A stretch of 32,000 nt of DNA from assembly GCA_965219535.1 (NCBI GenBank), contig CBDCNV010000002.1, positions 1,440,001 to 1,472,000 of the forward strand, written 5' to 3'. This document shows positions 24,947-32,000 of the stretch, piece by piece; the first letter of the stretch is position 1, and each line of letters begins with the position of its first letter. The notes below the pieces were generated by a model, which saw nothing but the letters and a program-made list of their open reading frames with translations, ran no database searches and was not told the DNA's origin. The stretch is from Opitutales bacterium (lineage in GTDB: Bacteria; Verrucomicrobiota; Verrucomicrobiia; Opitutales; PNEW01). Made by a program: the position numbers and the translations under genes.

Positions 24947-25834
24947 CTATTCAGGTTCCATGTTAATATCGGAACGTCTAATGCAATTTAGTGGACCAGA
25001 GGGAATTTTCCAATCGGGGAAATCGCGCTTAAAAGCCTGGAGCAATAATTCTTCATCGTTCGGCAGAAAATATATTTTACTGCGCGATCGCGAGGTATTG
25101 GTGGAAGGATCATAAGATTCGCTGATTTGGGGGGCAGGATGAAGGCAATCGATCCATGCCTGGTTCAAGACACCGCATTGCGGATAAGCCCAAGCAACAA
25201 GATAGTTGTTATCCCTGGAAATACAACCGATGATAGGTAAGACGGGCCGGTCAGTACTCCGACCAAGTCGCTGCCCGGGTTCCTGCCCGGGATGTATTCG
25301 CCAGGTGGGAAAGTAATCCTGTGTCCAGGTGAGGGGAGCGTTCGCTCTTTTGGCCTGCAAATCATTGCCATAGCGTTTTGCGGGCAACCTTGAGGTATCT
25401 TTCATGCACGTTAAACCTCCATCTAGAAAAACGAAACACCGAGCGACAAATTCTTCGACGTAATTTTCAGGATCTCCCCGATGCCCAAAATTATCTGCCC
25501 GTTTTAATTGCCAGCAAGGTTCCAAGTACTCGACTTGCTGAACACTTTCTTTATCCGGACCGGTCACTTCCACCGTGAATTCCACTCCATCATCTGCCGG
25601 TTTGACAATCGTAGTTATCAATGCCTGTGCTAAATGATGAGTAAGGATTAATTGATTATTTTCCAGATGGTGGTTGCTGGCATTCCAAACCGGTCCTTCA
25701 TAGCACCAGATCTGACAATGAGAACCCGGAACAGCTGAATATTTTAAATCTACATAAGTATGACGCGTTATTTCTTCAGGCATTAGGCCTTGAATAGCTT
25801 CTTCTTTATAGTCGATTGTAACCGGATCCTTCAT
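24947..25834 (-). CDS. hypothetical protein (295 aa)
   Basis: Long ORF with AGGGAG RBS 6 nt upstream of the ATG and normal amino-acid composition. No motif recognised. Confidence 0.5.
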   Translation of the reverse strand: MKDPVTIDYKEEAIQGLMPEEITRHTYVDLKYSAVPGSHCQIWCYEGPVWNASNHHLENNQLILTHHLAQALITTIVKPADDGVEFTVEVTGPDKESVQQVEYLEPCWQLKRADNFGHRGDPENYVEEFVARCFVFLDGGLTCMKDTSRLPAKRYGNDLQAKRANAPLTWTQDYFPTWRIHPGQEPGQRLGRSTDRPVLPIIGCISRDNNYLVAWAYPQCGVLNQAWIDCLHPAPQISESYDPSTNTSRSRSKIYFLPNDEELLLQAFKRDFPDWKIPSGPLNCIRRSDINMEPE

Positions 25835-26352
25835 TATTGGCTCCCTTATAGGAGCAAGACTGTATACTTATCTTAGGAATAAGGTAGAAAAAAATGAAGC
25901 AACATATACAAGAAAGAAGATTAGAAAGAAGACAAGGGGGTTGTCATCTTTTGATTGCTTACTAGTAAATCAAAAAATTCGCAGTCTGACCCCATTTGCG
26001 GTTTCTATAATGTCAGAATGCAGAGCCTGACCCCTTTTGCTTTATCGACCCCTTTTGCTTTATCAAGTGGAGAGAGAATTAATCATGTCGATCATATTGT
26101 ATATTGGGTTTCATGAAATTGGTAGATTTGACTCCCTTCTAGCCTTTTTTCAATCCGCTTTCCGCAATCGAATGATTGCACTTATTAGTTTAATTGAACA
26201 TTAAGTCATATTTAATTAAAATCTTTTACTATTGTAGTTGAACAATGTAAAAGTAGTACGTCCTTGTATCGATGTATATTAAATATTGAATTTAAGTAAC
26301 TACCAACCTGGACCTCTTTTATACAAACCAGAATAGATGAATCTATCATGTA

Positions 26353-27339
26353 ATGGCAGATCCGGTATATGATGATAAAAATCGCCGTTGGGATATCTTC
26401 CGATTAGTTGCGCCGTGGTTCGGTCGTACAGTAACTTCTAGGTTTCTTCAAAATACATCTGAATATATTCCAGGAGTAGAGCGTATTCATCACTTAATCA
26501 GAGGGAGCTACAAACCAGCTTGGACAGATTTTCCTTTAGCAATCCAGATTACGCATAGTGGGCAGTACGAAGATAAAATAAGTTATGCCAAAGATGGTAT
26601 GTGGAGAGTCTATTATAGTCCAGAAGCTGGTCCATTAGATGACTGGCAAAACGCATCACTATTTAAACTCATTCAATATGGAGAACCGGTAATTGTGACA
26701 AATCGCATATCGGACAAAACAGACCATAGGGGGGCTAGACATCATATTATGGGGTTAGGTCTTTTTCAAAGTTTCGATGAAAATCTGCATTCTTTTTTGG
26801 TTCAAGGTGCTGGTTTTGATATGCTTCAGCAGGTTATTGGATCTACAATCAATGATGAACTTTTAGATACAGCATTGCGATTAGAAGCACTCGAAGCTTG
26901 GGTTCCTTTTATAGAAGAAGGTAAGTCCATCTATAAATTATCTGCTGAAAAAAGAGATAACGCCTTTAGAGGTGTTATATTAGATAACTATTGTAATACC
27001 TGTGCTGTAACAGGACAGCGATTCCATTTTGGAGATAACATTGAAGCAGAAGCTGCCCATATTATTAGTAAATATAAACGGGGGACTGATGATCCACGTA
27101 ACGGAATTGCATTATCACGCTCTGTTCATTGGGCATTTGATAAAGGTATTTTTACAATCTCAGACCAATATGAAATCGTGATACACCCTCGTTCGTGTGA
27201 AGCTAATTATCAACAATTCTCTTTAATGAATTTAGATCGTAAACGATTAACTTTACCTGAAGATGATTATTATTTTCCTCATCCTGAAGCTCTAAAATGG
27301 CATCGCGATAATAAATTCGGTGAGTTTTTAATAAGTTGA
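26353..27339 (+). CDS. candidate modification-dependent (type IV-like) nuclease: SRA/PUA-like N-terminal region + HNH_2-type C-terminal nuclease
   Basis: C-terminus: CNTCAVTGQRF...IEAEAAHIISKY...DPRNGIALSRSVHWAFDKGIFTI (HNH_2-type pattern). N-terminus: GSYKP...LAIQITHSGQYEDK...WRVYYSPEAG...NASL...EPVIVTNR, which parallels the SRA/YDG motif order. Confidence 0.6.
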   Translation: MADPVYDDKNRRWDIFRLVAPWFGRTVTSRFLQNTSEYIPGVERIHHLIRGSYKPAWTDFPLAIQITHSGQYEDKISYAKDGMWRVYYSPEAGPLDDWQNASLFKLIQYGEPVIVTNRISDKTDHRGARHHIMGLGLFQSFDENLHSFLVQGAGFDMLQQVIGSTINDELLDTALRLEALEAWVPFIEEGKSIYKLSAEKRDNAFRGVILDNYCNTCAVTGQRFHFGDNIEAEAAHIISKYKRGTDDPRNGIALSRSVHWAFDKGIFTISDQYEIVIHPRSCEANYQQFSLMNLDRKRLTLPEDDYYFPHPEALKWHRDNKFGEFLIS

Positions 27340-27516
27340 GATTGGTAATGAATAAAACATTCTGAATTGCTGTGACGCTGAGCTTCTCAAATGACTGTGT
27401 GAAAAGAGCGACGTCAATAGATTCTGTCAGCGACTAGTCAGGTTAAGTCTGAAATCCTGGGCGAAATATAAACACCTGATTACCGAACGTGGCTTTTACA
27501 GTGTATAATTAATAGT

Positions 27517-28251
27517 GGGTCATGCCTAGAACAGAGGGTATCTTAAGCACATATTAAGGATGTTACGATGGAGGTTTTGATGACGATGGTTAAAGCGATA
27601 TTCAGTTTCTTTGAGGTGCAGTTGGAAGGTCCTACGAGAAAGACCTTTGAACTTAGCCAATCGAAGTTTAGCAAAAGCCCAAAAAGATTCAATCCCGTTA
27701 ATGTGGGAGTGTCCCTGGGCAAACTCGTTGTCGTTGTGATTGACACGGTAATGCTTCTTATAGCCCAGATCCACGAGGCCGTTGTAAGCACGCCACCCGT
27801 CAGAATAAAGCACACTGTCAAAAGTAACTCTCCCTTGGATCACCGCATGCAGAGCGGCTCTGGAGACGTTGCGTACAACCTGGGTATAGACTTTCCCATT
27901 ACGCTTGAGCAACCCGAAGACGGGCACTTTCTTGAATGCACCCCGACCTCTTTGCCCTGGAATTCTTTTGCCTCCAAAGTAGGACTCATCCATTTCCACC
28001 GACCCCCTAAAAGGCGAGGCCTGCGCACATTGCTGCAACAAACGCTCCCGCAACAAGCGCAAATAACGGTTGACCGTGTTACGATTCAATCCTGTCAATT
28101 GGGCTATCTTCAACGCTTCCATATCCAAGCTAAAACACTTTACTAACTGCCGAAATTTGGCCTCAGAAATTTTTGAACGATGTACATACTTATTTCTCAT
28201 TTGTCTAGAATAGCTTACACATCTGATATGTGTCTATTCTAGGCATGACCC
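27517..28251 (-). mobile_element. IS1595-family insertion sequence (735 bp)
   Basis: Perfect 15-bp TIRs GGGTCATGCCTAGAA (27517-27531) / TTCTAGGCATGACCC (28237-28251). 8-bp direct target duplication TTAATAGT (27509-27516 and 28252-28259). Confidence 0.9.
27526..28200 (-). CDS. IS1595-family (ISXO2-like DDE) transposase
   Basis: 224 aa: VEMDESYFGGKR...GRGA..KVPVFGL, YSDGWRAYNGL, YRVNHNDNEF...HINGIESFWAFAK, ETEYRFNHR. Confidence 0.9.
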   Translation of the reverse strand: MRNKYVHRSKISEAKFRQLVKCFSLDMEALKIAQLTGLNRNTVNRYLRLLRERLLQQCAQASPFRGSVEMDESYFGGKRIPGQRGRGAFKKVPVFGLLKRNGKVYTQVVRNVSRAALHAVIQGRVTFDSVLYSDGWRAYNGLVDLGYKKHYRVNHNDNEFAQGHSHINGIESFWAFAKLRLAKFKGLSRRTFQLHLKETEYRFNHRHQNLHRNILNMCLRYPLF

Positions 28252-28276
28252 TTAATAGTTAATAAATTAAAGTAAT

Positions 28277-29173
28277 ATGAAAAATAACAAAATCGTCAAA
28301 TCACTCCTGCAGGATCTTAATTCATATGTATATTCTAGATCAATGACATCATTAAAAAAGGGGAGATACTTAAGTGCATGTATACGTTCATCTTTTGTTA
28401 AGACATATGAATTTATTGATTTAGCGTTTCGTAAGTTGTCGCAAGAACATGCTTTTTTTCTTGTCACGAATCTTCGAGGAATTACAGAGGATCTTATTTA
28501 TTTACGATTTATGACTACGCTAAATCTCAATGATAGAGATAATATGATTGAAGGGCTCATGGTCCTTGAAGTTTTTAATAACATATCTCATCAAAATAAA
28601 TTTTTTTGCAAATTTAGACCATTTCAACCTGTCCTTAACAATGTTCCATCTAATAATCTTATCGATAAAACGAGGCTAAAGATCCAAAAAATATGGCGAC
28701 AGAACGGCTGGCCAAATTTACAATCAAATTATACTTCTCCTCCTACTCGACAAATTGCTGAACGGACCGACCCTAATTATATGGAGATTATCTATGATTA
28801 CATATTCCGGCTCACTTCAGATACTGTACATTTTAAACCTGGAATATTACTAAGATCTGGTTGGGGGCCATCCAAAAGCATGACTAAATTCACAACCTCT
28901 AACATGTCGCGCTATTATTTCGCATTTTCTAGAATATATGGAATCTTTCTTTTCACACTGTATTTTGAATTTTTTCCAAGATTTCTTAAACCGGGCGATC
29001 GGATTCAAGGCAAAGTAGAGCAGCTGCGTGAATTAATTTTGCGAGAACAACGTTGGCCGGAAATGGTAACTTTTGAGGAAATGAATCAAGCTGTTCCTAA
29101 GAAAAACATTATTCAATTTTTAATACAATCAATCTATACTTTAGAATACAAATCGGGATTTTTTAATAAGTAA
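28277..29173 (+). CDS. hypothetical protein (298 aa), AT-rich islet
   Basis: Uninterrupted ORF in ~25-35 % GC DNA, where random ORFs of this length are unlikely. The ATG lies 25 nt after the IS1595 right end. No confident motif. Confidence 0.5.
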   Translation: MKNNKIVKSLLQDLNSYVYSRSMTSLKKGRYLSACIRSSFVKTYEFIDLAFRKLSQEHAFFLVTNLRGITEDLIYLRFMTTLNLNDRDNMIEGLMVLEVFNNISHQNKFFCKFRPFQPVLNNVPSNNLIDKTRLKIQKIWRQNGWPNLQSNYTSPPTRQIAERTDPNYMEIIYDYIFRLTSDTVHFKPGILLRSGWGPSKSMTKFTTSNMSRYYFAFSRIYGIFLFTLYFEFFPRFLKPGDRIQGKVEQLRELILREQRWPEMVTFEEMNQAVPKKNIIQFLIQSIYTLEYKSGFFNK

Positions 29174-29369
29174 ATGATCCATATCATGTTTCCTACCTTT
29201 TTTTAATTGGAAATTATTGAATAATGATTAGCCCCCATTATCCCGCCGTAGCTGAACTCTAAATCCAGTACCCTACAAACATTCCATTGAATAACTTGAC
29301 AATCTTTGGATGGGGACGTAGGCCAAACGGTTTTCTGATACACATTTATAACCGCAAAGAAAGACTCGT

Positions 29370-30167
29370 ATGATTATGTCCAACACGTTTCGTGAGAAAC
29401 TTAACGAGGGTAAGCCTACTATTGGCACCCATTATCTCTCCTCCGATCCGGATCTTCCGGAGATCATCGGGGATACGGGTTTGTTCGACTACGCTGAGTT
29501 CAGCGCCGAGTATACCGTATTTGACTTTCAACTGCTCTTTCATATGGCCCGTTCCGGTCAGTGTTCGAACCTGCCGCTCCTGATCAAGCTCGATCAGGAA
29601 GGCCAGGGTTTCTGGGCGCAGGCCGCTCTCGGTGCTGGTTTTAAATCGATCCTTTTTACCGATGTGCGCACACCCGAGGATGTCACAATTTGTCAACAGA
29701 TAATACGCCCCGATTGCCCGGGTATAGAAGGGCATATGGGCGTAAAAGTGCGTCGCCCGCTTTTTGGCGATTCCACTCCCGATAGCTACCTCGAAGATCT
29801 GAACTCGATTGTCTTTATGATCATGATCGAGAAGGGTTCCGCAGTCGACAACCTCGACGCGGTTCTTACCGCGGCGAAAGAAAAAAGCGTCGACATGACC
29901 CAATGGGGACCGGCCGATTACTCGCTCACACGCGGCAAATGGGGCAAGATAGACCGCGAGGAAATTCAACCGACCGAAGAACTCGTGATTGCGAAGTCAC
30001 TCGAATACGGTATTCATCCACGGATCGAGATTGGGAAACCCGAACAAGCCAAACGCTTTATCGATCTCGGCGTCCGCCATTTCTGTATCGGCTGGGATCG
30101 GTTTTTATATGAGGAGCATTTGGTGAAAATCGGAGAGGGGCTGAGGAAGATTACGGATGCGCTTTGA
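29370..30167 (+). CDS. HpcH/HpaI aldolase / citrate-lyase-beta-like family protein
   Basis: N-terminus FREKLNEGKPTIGTHY...PEIIGDTGLFDYAEF. Later motifs IMIEKGSAVDNLDAVL and WGPADYSL follow the HpcH/HpaI motif order. The canonical D-x-EH is replaced by AEFSAEY. Confidence 0.55.
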   Translation: MIMSNTFREKLNEGKPTIGTHYLSSDPDLPEIIGDTGLFDYAEFSAEYTVFDFQLLFHMARSGQCSNLPLLIKLDQEGQGFWAQAALGAGFKSILFTDVRTPEDVTICQQIIRPDCPGIEGHMGVKVRRPLFGDSTPDSYLEDLNSIVFMIMIEKGSAVDNLDAVLTAAKEKSVDMTQWGPADYSLTRGKWGKIDREEIQPTEELVIAKSLEYGIHPRIEIGKPEQAKRFIDLGVRHFCIGWDRFLYEEHLVKIGEGLRKITDAL

Positions 30168-30311
30168 GGCGCGATAGCGACTGCGCGCGTCTAAAGTCGA
30201 AGGTCCAAAGTCGAAAGCCGAAGAAGAGGGATAGCCACAAAAGGCACAAAAGGCGCAAAGAAGAGTTTTGAACCGCGGATATCGCAGATATGCGCGGATG
30301 TTGATTTAGAT

Positions 30312-30480
30312 CAGGTGAAACACGGTTCTTGATCTCAATGTCATCCCTCCTGCATTTGCAGGATGGATTGACTACGGCTATTCCCTAGCGCTTTTTTAAA
30401 ATGTAATTTTAAAAAACGCGTAGGAAAAATCCGACACTCAGCTAGCTGAGTTATTGCGATCATGCACCGAGTTTCACCTG
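30312..30480 (+). repeat. 169-bp multi-hairpin palindromic element, copy 1 (MITE-like or structured RNA candidate)
   Basis: 28-nt termini CAGGTGAAACACGGTTCTTGATCTCAAT / ATTGCGATCATGCACCGAGTTTCACCTG are inverted repeats with 4 mismatches. Three internal hairpins. Same length and architecture as 31721-31889. Confidence 0.85.
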
Positions 30481-30733
30481 AGCTTTCTCCCCGTTCTTCC
30501 CGAACTTCCTGTAAAAAATCTCTTTTCTTTTTATGTGTCTCTTGTGCCTCTTGCCTGCCGGCCATAGCCTTGGCGACGGCTGGTGGCCAACAATCTTAAC
30601 TTTTTTTTTATCGGCGTTCATCCGCGTTATCAGCGATTAATTCTTTTCGTTCTTCCTGTGTTTCCTGTTAAAGTTTTTTATTTTTGTTTTTTATCTTTCT
30701 CTAATATCCTTCGCTAATTAGTTTAGAGATCAG

Positions 30734-31480
30734 ATGAATCAGATCGAATTACCTCAAAGTGAAAAATTTCATTTATTTCTCCTTGCTGGCCAGTCAAACA
30801 TGGCGGGCAGGGGCTTGCTTGAGGAAGAGGATACTAATCCTCACCCGCGGGTCCTGACAATAACGAGAGATGGAGATTGGGTTCCGGCAGTGGATCCTAT
30901 CCACTTCGATAAGCCGAATAAGGGAGTTTGCCTTGGCAGAACATTCGGCATTGAGGTTGCAGAACAGGATCCGGATATCGTGGTCGGCCTCATCCCCGCT
31001 GCCTGTGGCGGCTCTCCCATTTCTACCTGGCAGCCCGGTATGTATTTTAAGGCGACGGAAAGTCACCCCTACGACGACGCCATCCAAAGAACGAAAAGAG
31101 CGATGGAGGATGGCGAGTTAAAAGCCATTCTCTGGCATCAGGGAGAGACCGATGCACGGGAGCCAGATCTCTCCACAATTTATGAAAAAAAACTGCGCCG
31201 ATTAATTGTGCGATTCAGAGACGACCTCAACAGCCCGAATCTGCCCTTCATCATCGGTCAAATGGGCCAATTTCTGGGTAGCGAGTTTGATCGCGACGGA
31301 CTCGTCAATGAAGCCCACGTTAAGATAGCAAAAGAAGATGACAACTCCACCTTCGTCCCCTCCGATGGTCTGGGCTGCCTAAGCGACAACGTCCATTTCG
31401 ACGCCAAAGCATTACGCGAGTTCGGACATCGGTACGCGGAGGTGTATTTGCGTATACGCAAATACGTGTCTAAAGTCTAA
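30734..31480 (+). CDS. sialate O-acetylesterase-like (SASA/DUF303) SGNH-type esterase
   Basis: FHLFLLAGQSNMAGRG nucleophile motif, ACGGSPISTW, ILWHQGETD, NVHFD. The final codons and the stop lie within the GTCTAAAGTCTAAGGTCC repeat module. Confidence 0.75.
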   Translation: MNQIELPQSEKFHLFLLAGQSNMAGRGLLEEEDTNPHPRVLTITRDGDWVPAVDPIHFDKPNKGVCLGRTFGIEVAEQDPDIVVGLIPAACGGSPISTWQPGMYFKATESHPYDDAIQRTKRAMEDGELKAILWHQGETDAREPDLSTIYEKKLRRLIVRFRDDLNSPNLPFIIGQMGQFLGSEFDRDGLVNEAHVKIAKEDDNSTFVPSDGLGCLSDNVHFDAKALREFGHRYAEVYLRIRKYVSKV

Positions 31481-31590
31481 GGTCCAAAGTCGAAAGCGAA
31501 GAGCGCTCTCGCGCGGGGAGAAAGAGGGAATAGCCACAGCATTAAATGAAGATTTATGAATGATGAATGCAGAATGGAGAGGGATAGCCA

Positions 31591-31620
31591 CCAGCCGTCG
31601 CCAAGGCTATGGCCGGCAAG
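31591..31620 (+). repeat. 30-mer CCAGCCGTCGCCAAGGCTATGGCCGGCAAG (exact second copy)
   Basis: Identical to 10189-10218. Confidence 0.9.
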
Positions 31621-31720
31621 CAAGAGGCACAGAAGGTACAAGAGGGATAAGAATAAATTTAACCACGAATGAACACGAATCGACACGAATAAAAGAGAGA
31701 AGAAATAGTAGTAACAAAGT

Positions 31721-31889
31721 CAGGTGAAACACGGTGCTTGATCTCAATTACATCTCACCCGTATCTACGGGAGCGATGTTACGGCTATTCCCTAGCGCTT
31801 TTTTAAAATGTAATTTTAAAAAAGCGCGTAGGAAACATCCGACACTCAGCTGTGCTGAGTTATTGCGATCAAGCACCGTGTTTCACCTG
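31721..31889 (+). repeat. 169-bp multi-hairpin palindromic element, copy 2
   Basis: Termini CAGGTGAAACACGGTGCTTGATCTCAAT / ATTGCGATCAAGCACCGTGTTTCACCTG pair at 27 of 28 positions. Internal hairpins CCCGTA-TC-TACGGG, GCGCTTTTTTAAAAT-GTA-ATTTTAAAAAAGCGC and CTCAGC-TGT-GCTGAG. Confidence 0.85.
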
Positions 31890-32000
31890 AGCTTAGTCCT
31901 ATTTCATTTATTTTTTGCCTAGCAGCCATAGCATTGGTGACGGTTGGTGTCCTACAACCTTAATTATTCATTTTATCGGCGTTCATTCGCGCTATCCGCG

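Noticed and set aside
28790-28830. HEPN-like R-x6-H motif (FRLTSDTVH) in the 298-aa ORF
   Set aside because: A single short pattern with a non-canonical residue after Arg is too weak to support a HEPN RNase call. It is kept only as something to test by HMM or structure.
30312-30480. Integron attC site or retron msr/msd as an explanation for the 169-bp palindromic element
   Set aside because: No integrase or reverse transcriptase gene lies nearby. The termini do not match the attC RYYYAAC/GTTRRRY cores. The 28-bp terminal stem is far longer than in those elements.
1-32000. tRNA, rRNA, tmRNA or riboswitch genes
   Set aside because: By-eye scanning of the non-coding stretches found no cloverleaf-like or rRNA-like sequence. 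A tRNAscan/Infernal run would be needed to be certain.

Overview
Bacterial chromosomal window, probably from an uncultured heterotroph; the lineage cannot be determined from this window. Base composition is strongly patchy. Coding content: an aldo/keto reductase, a GNAT acetyltransferase, four phytanoyl-CoA-dioxygenase (PhyH) family genes (one sits on a GC-rich islet and is broken by two compensating frameshifts), a tandem double FGE-sulfatase-fold protein, a HIT hydrolase, a Cys-type sulfatase, a cupin, a D-2-hydroxyacid dehydrogenase with a rearranged 3' end, a Gfo/Idh/MocA oxidoreductase, a xylose-isomerase-like TIM-barrel protein, a family-5 solute-binding protein, a CocE/NonD hydrolase, an HpcH/HpaI-like aldolase and a SASA/DUF303-type esterase. 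Mobile DNA: two identical ~1.4-kb IS481-like copies in direct orientation (offset 7260 nt) bracket 5.9 kb. A 215-nt internal fragment of the same IS lies inside the dehydrogenase gene. A 735-bp IS1595-family element has perfect 15-bp TIRs and an 8-bp TSD. An AT-rich islet (~26.05-29.34 kb) carries a candidate modification-dependent SRA-like/HNH nuclease and an unknown 298-aa ORF, separated by that IS1595. The most unusual feature is non-coding. Almost every intergenic spacer outside the AT-rich islets is built from a shared vocabulary: short tandem-repeat modules, small covarying hairpin units, a ~125-bp AT-rich module, a perfectly conserved gene-oriented 21-nt upstream motif, and two copies of a 169-bp multi-hairpin palindromic element flanking the esterase gene. 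No rRNA, tRNA or CRISPR array was recognised. All calls rest on reading motifs by eye; no searches were run.
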